NCBI GenBank assembly: GCA_963668315.1
Contig: OY764216.1
Location: 3,456,001-3,520,000 of the forward strand
Direction: 5' to 3'
Origin: Spirochaetia bacterium
GTDB taxonomy: Bacteria > Spirochaetota > Spirochaetia > DSM-2461
Length of the DNA: 64,000 nucleotides
Below are positions 28,996 through 39,389 of the stretch, in pieces. The position numbers were made by a program, and so were the translations under genes. Below the pieces are notes generated by a model. It worked only from the letters and a program-made list of their open reading frames with translations. It made no database searches and had not been told where the DNA came from. Position 1 is the first letter of the stretch, and every line of letters begins with the position of its first letter.

Positions 28996-30333
28996 CTATT
29001 CTTCCTCTTCGCAGTATTCACTCAGGGGAAAGAGCTCGTCTATGAGGACGGGCATGCCCCTTTTGAAGGATTCGTTTGCCGCGCAGCCGACAAGGATCGA
29101 TTTGGCTCCGTCGATGGAACCGGCCGCCGTTTTGAGGGGGTCGTCTCCGGCTCCCATGAAGACATCGCTCAGCAGGCGAAGATCTCCGCCTCCGTGTCCG
29201 CCGGCGCCTTCGTCCCAGGTGATATTCTGGGGTTTGCCCCACAGCTTCTGAAGGGTAATGGTCTCTTTCTGCTTGGGAGCCTTCATATCGTCGGTCATGT
29301 TGAAATCGGGATTGTTCTGGTCAAAGGCCGAGCTGGAGACGTAACCGGTTTCCACGATATCGATTTCTAGGCGGCCCTTGGTGCCGTTGAAGCTGACCCG
29401 GTAACCTTCCCAGGGACAGAAAGCGTTCAGGGCATAGGTCATAACGGTTTTCTTGCTGTATTTTACCACGAGGCTCATGGTATCCTCTATGGAGATGTTA
29501 TGGCCGAAGACGGACTGGTCGCGGATGTAGCCGTCCTCATGCTCCGCCTTCAGGTAGAGCCCCTCCATTTCGCCCCCGTCTTCCATGTCCAGAGCAAAGG
29601 GATCGTTCTTGGCGAATTCACTGCCGTGGCATCTTTCGTAGAATTTAGTTTCCCCTCGGTTTTCGGCGTTTTCCCTTCCGTAGAAAGCCAGACGGCCCAT
29701 TCCGAAAACTTCCGTGGGGTAGTCGTTAAGCCACCAGTTCATCAGATCGAAGTGGTGGGTGGATTTATGGACCATAAGACCGCCGGAATTGTTTTTGTCC
29801 CGGTGCCATCTTCTGAAATAGTCCGCTCCGTGCCTGGTATTCAGGAGCCACTCGAAATGGACGGAAAGCACATCGCCGATCTCGCCGGCTTGGATAAGTT
29901 CCTTCACCTTGGTATTTCGGGGGCTGTAGCGGTAGTTGAATGTTACGATCAGGTCTTTGCCCGTTTTTTCCTTTGTCTTGAAAATCTGGTTCAGTTTTTC
30001 CGCATCGGTGGTAAGGGGTTTTTCCGTGACAACATCGCAGCCCAGTTCCATGGCCCGGCAGATATACTTGTGGTGGGTTCTATCCATGGTGGTCACGATA
30101 ACCTTCTGGGGCTTCTGCTCTTCAATCATCCTGTCGAATTCGCTGCTGTGGTAGGTTTTAACCGGTTTGGCCCCGTATTTTTCCTGGAACTGATTATTGT
30201 ACCAGTCCATTCTCGTCTGGTTGATATCGCAGATTCCGACCAGCTCGGTCGTCTCTTTATAATCCTTCAATATGGCCTGGGAATACATTTTCGATCGGCT
30301 TCCCAGTCCGACGATGACATACTTTGTTTTCAC
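28996..30333 (-). CDS. Gfo/Idh/MocA family oxidoreductase (YteT-like)
   Basis: VGLGSR, EKP, GADYFRRWH, HKSTHHFD and GHGGGD motifs. Confidence 0.88.
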   Translation of the reverse strand: MKTKYVIVGLGSRSKMYSQAILKDYKETTELVGICDINQTRMDWYNNQFQEKYGAKPVKTYHSSEFDRMIEEQKPQKVIVTTMDRTHHKYICRAMELGCDVVTEKPLTTDAEKLNQIFKTKEKTGKDLIVTFNYRYSPRNTKVKELIQAGEIGDVLSVHFEWLLNTRHGADYFRRWHRDKNNSGGLMVHKSTHHFDLMNWWLNDYPTEVFGMGRLAFYGRENAENRGETKFYERCHGSEFAKNDPFALDMEDGGEMEGLYLKAEHEDGYIRDQSVFGHNISIEDTMSLVVKYSKKTVMTYALNAFCPWEGYRVSFNGTKGRLEIDIVETGYVSSSAFDQNNPDFNMTDDMKAPKQKETITLQKLWGKPQNITWDEGAGGHGGGDLRLLSDVFMGAGDDPLKTAAGSIDGAKSILVGCAANESFKRGMPVLIDELFPLSEYCEEEE

Positions 30334-30359
30334 TTCTGACTCCTTCTTAATTATCTTAT

Positions 30360-31337
30360 TTATACCGAATCACCCTGAACGAATTGAGTGGTCAGGGGGA
30401 ATTCCTTACGTAATGCCGTACCGCGGAGTAAATTTTCCAGAATCTCCACGGTCATCTGGCCCAGTTCATCGACGGGCTGTTTGACCGTCGCCAGACTTTT
30501 ATAACCGAATGGGCCGTATCGGTCGCCGTCGAATCCAATGATACCGGCCTGAGCCGGAACATCTATGCCGGACTCGTAAAATGCCTTCATAAGGCCGAAG
30601 GCCATTTTGTCATTGGTGCAGAGGATAAGACTTCTTTTCTCACGGTTCAGGGTAGGGGCAATAAGCTTTCCCCCCTCGTATCCGTTGTTAAAGCTATCTC
30701 CGACGCAGGGGGTAATCTCCCAGGATTTTTCTGAACTTAGCCCGCCGGTAAAGCGGATGAAGCCTTTATAGCGGCCGTCCTGTGTTTTCCCGGGCATGGA
30801 ATTCAAGTAGAGAAAATGGTCATACCGGTTATGAAGGAGACTGAGGGCTTCAAGAACGCCCTTTTCCCGGTCAATGGTGAGAGAGGGAAGTCCTTCGGAG
30901 TAGCCGTCCACCAGCAGTACGGGTTTTTCTATGCCCTTGAGCAGTCTGAATAAATCCTCATTGTCCGGCGGCTGAAGAACAACAAGAGCTTCGGATAAAC
31001 TCAGGAGGGAGGGAAGGGCTTCTTTCAGGGAAGCCTCGGTCAGGTCCGAACAGGACAGAATGGATCTTTTCCCCGTGGCTTCAAGGGATTTCTGAATGGC
31101 ATAAAGTTTATCCGTCTTAATCCCCACGCCCAGTCTTCCCGTTAAGATCCCGATCAGGCCGGTCTTTCCCGTTTTTAAACCGCCGGCAAAGGGATTGGCA
31201 ACATATCCCATCTCATCGGCCGTGTTTTTTATAAGAAGGGCGGATTTTTCCGAGACGCCTTTTTCTCCGTTCAAGGCGCGGCTGACGGTTTTATAGGAGA
31301 ATCCTGTTTTTTCTGCAATGTCTTTTATCGTGATCAT
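30360..31337 (-). CDS. LacI family transcriptional regulator
   Basis: ITIKDIAEKTGFSYKTVSRALN HTH followed by a sugar-binding domain. Confidence 0.93.
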   Translation of the reverse strand: MITIKDIAEKTGFSYKTVSRALNGEKGVSEKSALLIKNTADEMGYVANPFAGGLKTGKTGLIGILTGRLGVGIKTDKLYAIQKSLEATGKRSILSCSDLTEASLKEALPSLLSLSEALVVLQPPDNEDLFRLLKGIEKPVLLVDGYSEGLPSLTIDREKGVLEALSLLHNRYDHFLYLNSMPGKTQDGRYKGFIRFTGGLSSEKSWEITPCVGDSFNNGYEGGKLIAPTLNREKRSLILCTNDKMAFGLMKAFYESGIDVPAQAGIIGFDGDRYGPFGYKSLATVKQPVDELGQMTVEILENLLRGTALRKEFPLTTQFVQGDSV

Positions 31338-31356
31338 AAACGCTTGTACTTACTGA

Positions 31357-31374
31357 TACGTCAACGTTGACGTA
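31357..31374. promoter_or_regulatory. LacI-type operator candidate
   Basis: Perfect palindrome TACGTCAACGTTGACGTA between a minus-strand TTGACA-N17-TATTCT promoter and the lacI-type start. Confidence 0.65.
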
Positions 31375-31498
31375 CTCTGTGGGAAACAGAATAATTCATT
31401 TGCAGTTTCCTGTCAACTCGCCGTTCCTGAGAAAAAAAATAAATAATTTGAAAGTTGTGAGTATAATTTCCTATAATAATAAGCAGAGGTATTTCAAA

Positions 31499-33067
31499 AT
31501 GAAAAGTATCGTAATAAAAATCCTTTTTCTGACCATCGGGTCGGTCCTGGTTATTTCTCTTGCTCTCAGCACCTTTATGATATTTACTTTTATTCAAAAC
31601 AACAATGAAAACATTTCCATACTGGAAGAGAGTCTCAGGGACGATTTTGACAATCTGGTCAAGCTGGAAGTGGAAACGCAGATCTCTCTTCTGGAGAACC
31701 TGCACAAACTCTATCTCGACGGGGAATTTTCCGAAAGGGAGTGGCGAGAGCTTTCTGCCCATCTGTTGAGGGAAGCCCGTTATGACGGGGGCAACTATTT
31801 CTGGGCCGATACTTCCGATGGAACCTGTGTGGTCCTTCTCGGGCGGGATACGGAAGGTACAAACCGTATTAATTCACAGGACAACCGGGGCAATTCCTTC
31901 ATGCGTGATATCATCTCCAACGGTCTGGCCGGCGGGGGCTATTCCGATTATTACTTCCCCCGCGGGGAAGGGGGCGAACCTCTTCCCAAGCGGGCTTATT
32001 CTACCTATTTTGAGCCCCTGGACTGGGTTGTGGGAACGGGTAATTATGTGGATGATATCGATGTGATCATACAGGAAAAAGAGGATAATGTCCTTTCCTA
32101 TCTCAGGGGGCGGATTCTCATGGCCCTGATATTCAACCTCATCTGCCTCGGTGTTATCACGTTTCTCGCCGTATTTCTGGGCAAGCGTCTGGCTCTGCCC
32201 GTCATTAAGGCGACCGAACTGGCCGGTCTTCTCTCCGAGGGGAATCTGCGTGACCGTGTGGAAGGGTCATTCAATAAATCGAAAGATGAGACGGGGCGTC
32301 TTTTTGTGGCTCTGGATAATATGACCGATAATCTCTCCCTGATCATCACTTCCATAAGGGATTCGTCGGAACAGGTGAAGTCCGGTTCCGTGCAAATCTC
32401 CCAGACCACCCAGCAGCTTTCATCGGGGGCCACCGAACAGTCTTCCAGCGTGGAGGAGATCTCTTCGTCCATGGAGGAGCTGACAGCCAATATTCAGCAG
32501 AATACGGCCAATTCGAAGGAAGCGGACAGGATCGCCGTTACCGTGGCGGAAGAGGCGGCCAAGGGCGGAGAGTCGGTGGAAGCAACCGTAGCGGCCATGA
32601 GAAGCATCGCCGAGAAAATTACCGTGATAGAAGATATTGCCAGGAATACGAACATGCTTGCGCTGAATGCCGCCATTGAGGCCGCCAGGGCAGGGGATGC
32701 GGGAAAGGGATTCGCCGTTGTCGCTTCGGAAGTCAGGAAACTGGCGGAAAATTCGGGAAAAGCCGCAAAGGATATTATTGAGATATCCACCACCAGTCTG
32801 GATATCGCGGAACAGGCGGGACAGATTATCGTTGATCTGGTTCCCCAGGTGAGGAAGACATCGGAGCTGATTCAGGAAATCACCACGGCCAGTGAGGAGC
32901 AGTCCCGGGGGGCTGAACAGATAAATGCGGGCATACTGCAACTCGACACGGTCATACAGCAGAATGCCTCCTCATCGGAGGAACTGGCCGCCATGGCGGA
33001 GGAGCTGGAGGGACAGGCTTCCCTTATGCGTGAAAATGTTTCTTTCTTTACCTTGAAGGACGACTGA
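31499..33067 (+). CDS. Methyl-accepting chemotaxis protein with Cache sensor domain
   Basis: TM-Cache-TM-HAMP layout and [38 protein letters not shown] signalling motif. Confidence 0.93.
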   Translation: MKSIVIKILFLTIGSVLVISLALSTFMIFTFIQNNNENISILEESLRDDFDNLVKLEVETQISLLENLHKLYLDGEFSEREWRELSAHLLREARYDGGNYFWADTSDGTCVVLLGRDTEGTNRINSQDNRGNSFMRDIISNGLAGGGYSDYYFPRGEGGEPLPKRAYSTYFEPLDWVVGTGNYVDDIDVIIQEKEDNVLSYLRGRILMALIFNLICLGVITFLAVFLGKRLALPVIKATELAGLLSEGNLRDRVEGSFNKSKDETGRLFVALDNMTDNLSLIITSIRDSSEQVKSGSVQISQTTQQLSSGATEQSSSVEEISSSMEELTANIQQNTANSKEADRIAVTVAEEAAKGGESVEATVAAMRSIAEKITVIEDIARNTNMLALNAAIEAARAGDAGKGFAVVASEVRKLAENSGKAAKDIIEISTTSLDIAEQAGQIIVDLVPQVRKTSELIQEITTASEEQSRGAEQINAGILQLDTVIQQNASSSEELAAMAEELEGQASLMRENVSFFTLKDD

Positions 33068-33097
33068 TTTTAGCGCCAGATGAATTTGTATCGTCCG

Positions 33098-34744
33098 CTA
33101 TACAAGATGGCGGACGATGTAGACAATACTGTCGTTGATCCGGCTGAAATAGGTGATTAGGTCCAGATGCACAGCCGACGTGGCGATAGATTCGGCCAGA
33201 CCTCTGTGCAGACGGTCAATATGGGACTGTTTCAGCTTCTCCTCTTCTTTTTTGCGGTGATCATCCAGAACGGCTCTGATAAACTGATTTCGTCCCTCGC
33301 TCTCTTCCCCCATGGCATTGATTAAATTATCAAAGTTATTGGTGATTTTATCCATGAGATATTCCAGCTCACGGTAGCCTTCTTCGGAAAACATCAGCTT
33401 TTTCTCCACCCTCTTTTCCGCCAGGGCCACAATGTTCTTATCTATGACGTCCCCGATGGATTCCAGTTCGTTTTGAATCCGGATGTAATTCATGCAGAGA
33501 AGGGATTGCTTCCGGGACAGCTCCTCCTGGGAGAGTTTTGCCAGAAAGGTGATGATCTCTCCGTGGAGCATATCCACCTTATTATCCAGTTCAGCTATTT
33601 TTTCCCGGTAGCTCTTGCTGCTGCTTCTGACGGCGGCGCTCATGTTGATTATCATCTCACCCACTATGTGGCTTACCCTGTATATTTCTTTACGTGTCAT
33701 TTCCAGAGCCAGACCCACACTGCGGGAGATAAGTATTTCATCTATATATTTGACGCCGAAAGGTTCCGGCTTATCCTGTTCGGGAAAGAGAAAATTAAAA
33801 AGTTTTATCATAACGGGGAGGCTGGGAATGAGTATGATATGATTTATCAGGGGGATGAAGGTATAGGAAACGGCAATCTGCCGGGCCAGACTTTCCGTAT
33901 TCAGGATTTCCCGGCAGAACCATCGGATCCACCAGATGAACAGATCTTCTCCCCGGAATTGGATCATCAGCAAGAGATAGATCCAGGTTATGGCGAGGAA
34001 CTGGAAGAATACATGGACAAAAGCCGATCTCTTGGCTTCCCGGTTCAGTGTCAGGCTTCCCAGTACCGCCGTTATGCAGGTTCCCACAGCCGCTCCCATA
34101 TTGAGGGGAACGGCCTGTTCCAGGGTTATTGTTCCCGAGACGGCCATGGCTATGGTGATGCTTACCGTGGCACCGGCGGACTGTATGAGCATGGTAAAGG
34201 CAAGTCCGGTCAGAATGCCCCAGAGAGGATGGGCGACTTTTCCCATGAGCTGTATGAAAGGCTGCGAGTTTTTCAAGGGAGCCAGGGAATCGGACATTAT
34301 TTCCAAACCGAGAAAAAGGAGACCGAAAGCGAATAGGGTCACCCCTATATGGTGGTATTTTTTTCTTTTCGCGGCAAACGTGATGGAAAGGCCCGCTACC
34401 AGGAAAAGGGAGGAGAACTTCGTCAGTCCCGGAATGGCTACAAGCTGGGGAAAAAGGGTGGCTCCCAGTTCGGCGCCCAGGGTGACGGTCAGACTTTGCT
34501 GGAAGGTGATGAAACCGGCCCCCACCATGGCCGTCTCCAGGACTGTCGTCGCGGAGGAGGACTGGTTGAGAAGGGTGATTCCCAATCCCGACAGATAACC
34601 CCGAAAGGGACCTTTGGTGAGTTTCATCAGGAATGTTTTCATTCCTCTTCCCGCCATGGCCGTTAGATTACGGTTCATTTCCACCATGGCAAAAAGAAAG
34701 ACAGCCAGCCCGCCCAAGAGGGAAAAGTAATTCCAAACCGTCAT
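33098..34744 (-). CDS. Na/Pi cotransporter family protein with PhoU-like C-terminus
   Basis: QSSSATT and QSAGAT repeats, GAAVGT, and C-terminal LESIGD. Confidence 0.88.
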   Translation of the reverse strand: MTVWNYFSLLGGLAVFLFAMVEMNRNLTAMAGRGMKTFLMKLTKGPFRGYLSGLGITLLNQSSSATTVLETAMVGAGFITFQQSLTVTLGAELGATLFPQLVAIPGLTKFSSLFLVAGLSITFAAKRKKYHHIGVTLFAFGLLFLGLEIMSDSLAPLKNSQPFIQLMGKVAHPLWGILTGLAFTMLIQSAGATVSITIAMAVSGTITLEQAVPLNMGAAVGTCITAVLGSLTLNREAKRSAFVHVFFQFLAITWIYLLLMIQFRGEDLFIWWIRWFCREILNTESLARQIAVSYTFIPLINHIILIPSLPVMIKLFNFLFPEQDKPEPFGVKYIDEILISRSVGLALEMTRKEIYRVSHIVGEMIINMSAAVRSSSKSYREKIAELDNKVDMLHGEIITFLAKLSQEELSRKQSLLCMNYIRIQNELESIGDVIDKNIVALAEKRVEKKLMFSEEGYRELEYLMDKITNNFDNLINAMGEESEGRNQFIRAVLDDHRKKEEEKLKQSHIDRLHRGLAESIATSAVHLDLITYFSRINDSIVYIVRHLV

Positions 34745-34871
34745 AGCGGCTCCTCTTTCTTATACTCTCCTTTAATTATCCGCCTCTTGCGGCGGTCATG
34801 CAAATTTTACTTTTCCGGTCTTGTCAAAAGTGATTTTCAGTTTTATCTTGAATGTTCAAAGGGGAGTACCT

Positions 34872-36407
34872 ATGGCTGTATTGAAAGAATTCAGGGTTGA
34901 TAATTTATTTCAGGATAATATGGTCCTTCAGAGAGATAAGCCTCTGAACATCTGGGGAGAAGGCCCTGAGGGGGAGGAAGTTTCCCTTTTCATTCAGGGT
35001 AAAGAGGGCCGGGCCCCAGTCGTTCGGGGAAAATGGATGATCACCCTTTCCCCCCTTGAAACGTCCTTAGGCGAAGAGATGGTGATCCGCTGCGGAGGGG
35101 GGGAGATAAGGCTTTCCGGGATTCTCGTAGGGGAAGTCTGGCTGGCCGGTGGACAATCCAATATGGAGTTTTTTATCCGCTACGATGAGGAAAAGGAAAC
35201 CCTTCTGCGGGACGGGGAAAATCCCCTGCTCCGCTTTTATGATATCCCCCGTATCTCCTACGAAGGACAGGAGAAAGAGGCCGACTACTCCCTGTACGGA
35301 TTCTGGAGGGTCTGTGACCGGGAGAACCTGGAGTATTTCAGCGCCGTGGGATACTACTTTTCCTCCCTTCTGAACCGTGATCTGAATGTCCCCGTGGGAA
35401 TCATAGGGTGCAACTGGGGCGGTTCCCCTTCCTGCACCTGGATGGACCGGACCTGTCTTCAGGAAGAACCGCTCACAATCTGGCTGGATAATTATGAAAA
35501 GGGTCTAGAAACGCTGGATATGAAATCCTATGAGAAAACCTTCAAAGGCAAAAAGGAAAATTACAGAAACGATCTGTTCGCCGATGAAACCGGGGAGAGA
35601 CTGATGTTCGGCATGTCCGACGGGGAGATGGAGGCGTTTATGGCTTCCCCCGATTACACAGATCAGTTTCCCCCTCCCGGGCCACTTGATCCCCACAGGC
35701 CGGGAGGCCTCTTTGAACATATGCTCTTGCGGGCCGTACCCTTTACCCTCAGGGGCTTTATCTGGTACCAGGGGGAATCGGACGATAAGGTGCCCTCGAT
35801 TTACGATCTGATGATGACTCGCCTTATCAGCTGCTGGCGGGATGCCTGGAAGGAGGAGCTTCCCTTCCTGTATGTTCAGCTGGCTCCCTTCAGAAAATGG
35901 CTGCACTGCCGGGGTAAAGAGTACCCCCTCCTCAGAGAGAAACAGCGGATCGTTTCCCATACTGTTCCACGGGTCTGGATGGCGTCCATCATGGATGGGG
36001 GAATGGAAAAGGATATACATCCCAAGAGAAAGAGACCCGTCGGAGAGAGGCTGGCCCTGCTGGCCGAGGGACATGTCTACGGAAAGGATATCCTCTGTGA
36101 CTCGCCCGAATTCAATCGGGCCGAAATAGGGGAGGACAGGGTGGTCCTGCACTTTGATCATGCTCCCGGCGGGATGGACATCCGGGGGAACTCGGCCTCC
36201 TGCCTGGAGATGACTCTCAAGGGAAAGCCTGTCATTCCCGAGCGTATACTGGCCGGAGATAACCGACTTACCCTTTTCGCGGGGGGCATCGGCGAAGCCG
36301 GCAGAGGAGAGATCAGATTTGCCTGGAAGGATTACTGCGAAGTGAATATTTATAACCGGGCCGGATTGCCTCTGAAGCCCTTTTTCTTCTCATGGGGGGA
36401 AGAATAA
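34872..36407 (+). CDS. Sialate O-acetylesterase (SASA) family carbohydrate esterase
   Basis: GEVWLAGGQSNM, WYQGESD and DIHP motifs. Confidence 0.88.
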   Translation: MAVLKEFRVDNLFQDNMVLQRDKPLNIWGEGPEGEEVSLFIQGKEGRAPVVRGKWMITLSPLETSLGEEMVIRCGGGEIRLSGILVGEVWLAGGQSNMEFFIRYDEEKETLLRDGENPLLRFYDIPRISYEGQEKEADYSLYGFWRVCDRENLEYFSAVGYYFSSLLNRDLNVPVGIIGCNWGGSPSCTWMDRTCLQEEPLTIWLDNYEKGLETLDMKSYEKTFKGKKENYRNDLFADETGERLMFGMSDGEMEAFMASPDYTDQFPPPGPLDPHRPGGLFEHMLLRAVPFTLRGFIWYQGESDDKVPSIYDLMMTRLISCWRDAWKEELPFLYVQLAPFRKWLHCRGKEYPLLREKQRIVSHTVPRVWMASIMDGGMEKDIHPKRKRPVGERLALLAEGHVYGKDILCDSPEFNRAEIGEDRVVLHFDHAPGGMDIRGNSASCLEMTLKGKPVIPERILAGDNRLTLFAGGIGEAGRGEIRFAWKDYCEVNIYNRAGLPLKPFFFSWGEE

Positions 36408-36413
36408 CGCATC

Positions 36414-38723
36414 ATGGGAGCGGCGGAGCAGGGATATGACAGCAGTCTGATTGCCGTTCTCGGTGCGGAAGTCAACGAGTCCTACCAGATGGAGATCTGG
36501 CGCGGAATTACGGAAGAAGCGGAAAAACACGGGAAAAAGCTGGTTTTCTTCATGGGATTCCGTTCGGAAATCCCCGACAGGCAGTCCCACCGATACCCCT
36601 TCTACCGGCTGGCCCGAACGGGGACTTTCGGAGGAATGATCATTATCGCCTCGGCCATCTCCACCTACCTGGAGCCGGAAAGGGTGCGCGGCCTTTTTGA
36701 AGCGGGTCCTCCCATCCCCAAAATCTCCATAGGCCTTCCCATGCCCGGTTCCGGCAGTGTGTGCGTGGACGGTCGGGTGGCCATGGAATCCCTGGCCGAA
36801 CATATGATTGAGAGCCACCGCTTACGCCGTATCGGGCTTATTGCCGGACCCCGGCAGCATCCCGAATCGGAAGACCGCAGAAAAACCCTGGAAAAGGTCT
36901 GCTTGAGAAAGGGGATTCCCCTGGGCGGGGAATCGGTGTATTTCGGAAATTTCGATAAACAATCGGGAAAAGCCGGCGTTGAAGCCCTATGGGAGAGAGG
37001 AGGAAGGATAGACGGACTTTTCTGTCTGAACGACAGAATGGCTCTCGGCGCCATGGAGGAACTTTCCCGCCGGGGAATTTCCGTGCCCCATGATATGCCG
37101 GTCTGCGGGTTTGATGACATAGAGGAATCGCGCTACTGCAATCCTCCCCTGACGACGGTCAGTCAGCCCCTATACGAACTGGGAGCCCGGTCCGTAAAGG
37201 AGTTGTACCGCCTCATGGAAGGGAATGAACCTCGTCATATTTCGCTGGACTGCTCTTTGAGAGTTCGAAAATCCTGCTCCTGCGGTCAGACTTTCCTCCC
37301 CCTTTTGAAGGGGGACCGGAATGTCACCCCCCTGGAAGATCTCCTGGAAGAAGAAACACCCGAATCTTTTCTTTCGGCTCTGGATCGTATCCTCTCTTCC
37401 TCCCTTGTCTCCCCGGAGGAGTTTGATGCTCTGGAAGAGGCTGTGGCCCGGAAAGAGAAGGGTTTGGAGGGAATCGGGAAGGAGTGGCGGGCAGGGCTTC
37501 TCTCCGCCCGCAGAAATATCTGGGAGACCCGCACCCGGGATCTTATCAGCCGGAGGGTGGCCAAAGAGCAGCGCAGCGCCCTTGTACGAAAAGTGAGCAT
37601 CAGCCTTACCGGCTCCTTCGATATACCCGTTCTCTTCAGGAATTTGTCCGAAAGCCTTTTGCAGCTTGGTTTCAGAGAGGCCTATCTAGTCCTTTATCCC
37701 GAGGAACGGCGCAGTATAACCTCACGTCTGGCCTTTGTCCTCCGGGAAGGTGTTTTTGTGGAAGATGTTCATGCCCCCTTTCCCGAAGACCGGATCCTTC
37801 CCGGAGGAGAGGAAGAACTGAACCGGGGAGAAGTCAAATCCTGGATGTTTACCCCCCTTTTCTTTGAGGAGAGCGCCCTGGGCCATCTTCTTCTTCCCGG
37901 AAACCACAGCGATACGGAGATTTACGAATCCCTCACGAAGCTTGTGGCCAGTACCCTCAGGGGGGCTTTTCTGCTGGAAAAGGTACGCCATCATGAACAG
38001 AGCCTTCAGGGCGAGGTCAGGGAGAGGACAAAAGAACTGGTGAGGGCTAATAAAAATCTCCGAAAAGAGATCAGCCGGAGAATCACCCTGGAAGAGGAAG
38101 TGGCCGATATTTCCAAGCATACCATGGAGAGTATCGGCCAGGATTTGCACGATGATCTCTGTCAGCACCTGGCCGGAACGGCTCTTCTGGTCAGTGCCCT
38201 GGGCTATGAAGCGGGAAAAACATCCACAGCGGCGGCGGAAAGGGCCGAAGAGATAAACCGCATGCTCGGCGATTCCATTGACCGGGCAAAGGGGATTGTC
38301 CGGGGGCTGGTGCCTCTGGGAATCAAGGAGGAGGGCCTGACCCGGGCACTGGACACTCTCTGCGGATCCCTTTCCCGGTCCAGCGGCTTATCCATCCGAT
38401 TCTCCGGTGACAGCAGGGCCGATGAACTGGCCCCCGAAAGGGCGGTGGAGCTTTACCGTATTCTGCAGGAAGCGGTGAATAACAGTATTAAGCACTCCGG
38501 AGGAAAGAGCCTGGACCTTATCCTCAAGGTAAAAGAGAGGGGGGACCGGCGTTTCTTTGAGGCATCGGTCAAGGATTACGGGAAAGGAATAGGAGAGGGC
38601 GATGAGACCAAGGGCGGCATGGGGCTTAAAATCATGAAATACCGGGGGAACCGGGCACAGATTCGGGTTGAGATAGGTTCCGGCGGAGAGGGAACAACAG
38701 TCTGGTGCGAGGGAGAGATCTGA
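36414..38723 (+). CDS. Soluble histidine kinase with a LacI-type sugar-binding sensor domain
   Basis: NDRMALG...GFDDI...PPLTTVSQP, then HisKA_3 QDLHDDLCQ and HATPase EAVNNSIKH...GMGL. Confidence 0.85.
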   Translation: MGAAEQGYDSSLIAVLGAEVNESYQMEIWRGITEEAEKHGKKLVFFMGFRSEIPDRQSHRYPFYRLARTGTFGGMIIIASAISTYLEPERVRGLFEAGPPIPKISIGLPMPGSGSVCVDGRVAMESLAEHMIESHRLRRIGLIAGPRQHPESEDRRKTLEKVCLRKGIPLGGESVYFGNFDKQSGKAGVEALWERGGRIDGLFCLNDRMALGAMEELSRRGISVPHDMPVCGFDDIEESRYCNPPLTTVSQPLYELGARSVKELYRLMEGNEPRHISLDCSLRVRKSCSCGQTFLPLLKGDRNVTPLEDLLEEETPESFLSALDRILSSSLVSPEEFDALEEAVARKEKGLEGIGKEWRAGLLSARRNIWETRTRDLISRRVAKEQRSALVRKVSISLTGSFDIPVLFRNLSESLLQLGFREAYLVLYPEERRSITSRLAFVLREGVFVEDVHAPFPEDRILPGGEEELNRGEVKSWMFTPLFFEESALGHLLLPGNHSDTEIYESLTKLVASTLRGAFLLEKVRHHEQSLQGEVRERTKELVRANKNLRKEISRRITLEEEVADISKHTMESIGQDLHDDLCQHLAGTALLVSALGYEAGKTSTAAAERAEEINRMLGDSIDRAKGIVRGLVPLGIKEEGLTRALDTLCGSLSRSSGLSIRFSGDSRADELAPERAVELYRILQEAVNNSIKHSGGKSLDLILKVKERGDRRFFEASVKDYGKGIGEGDETKGGMGLKIMKYRGNRAQIRVEIGSGGEGTTVWCEGEI

Positions 38724-38724
38724 T

Positions 38725-39378
38725 ATGAAGGAAATACGTTTTCTGCTCGTTGATGACCATCCTCTGTTCCGGCAGGGTATGAAGGCGCTCCTCTCCACGG
38801 AAAGGGGATTCATCCTGGGGGGAGAAGCCGGAGACCGGGAAGAGGCTCTGGAGCTTCTGGCACGGGAAAGATTCGATATCGTAACCGTCGATATTACCCT
38901 CAGGGATAGGAACGGACTCGATCTGGTAAGGGAGATCTCCCAATGGGAGGAGAAACCGGCTATCCTCGTACTTTCCATGCACGATGAGTCGGTTTATGCC
39001 CAGAAGGCCCTCGAATCGGGAGCCCTGGGCTATGTGATGAAGTACGCTCCGCCGGAGACCATACTGGGTGCGGTTAAAACCGTGCTTTCCGGGAAAGTCT
39101 ACCTTTCTCAGGAAGTGCAGGAGACCCTTCTCAATGCCCGGTTCGGACAGCCCCGGCAGGGAGAGTACTCATTGATAGACAGGTTGAGTCAGAGGGAGCT
39201 GGAGATACTGCGCTATATCGGGCAGGGTTTCGGGGCATCGGAAATCGCGGAGATACTGAACCTTTCGGTAAAGACCATACATACCTACCGGGATCATCTG
39301 AAGGAGAAGCTGAACGTGGCAAGTTCCACGGAGATCCGCCGTTTTGCCATCAAGTGGTACCAGTCATTGAACAATTAG
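38725..39378 (+). CDS. NarL/LuxR family response regulator
   Basis: LVDDHP, VDITL and LSQRELEIL...LSVKTI motifs. Confidence 0.93.
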   Translation: MKEIRFLLVDDHPLFRQGMKALLSTERGFILGGEAGDREEALELLARERFDIVTVDITLRDRNGLDLVREISQWEEKPAILVLSMHDESVYAQKALESGALGYVMKYAPPETILGAVKTVLSGKVYLSQEVQETLLNARFGQPRQGEYSLIDRLSQRELEILRYIGQGFGASEIAEILNLSVKTIHTYRDHLKEKLNVASSTEIRRFAIKWYQSLNN

Positions 39379-39389
39379 GGAGAGATGTG

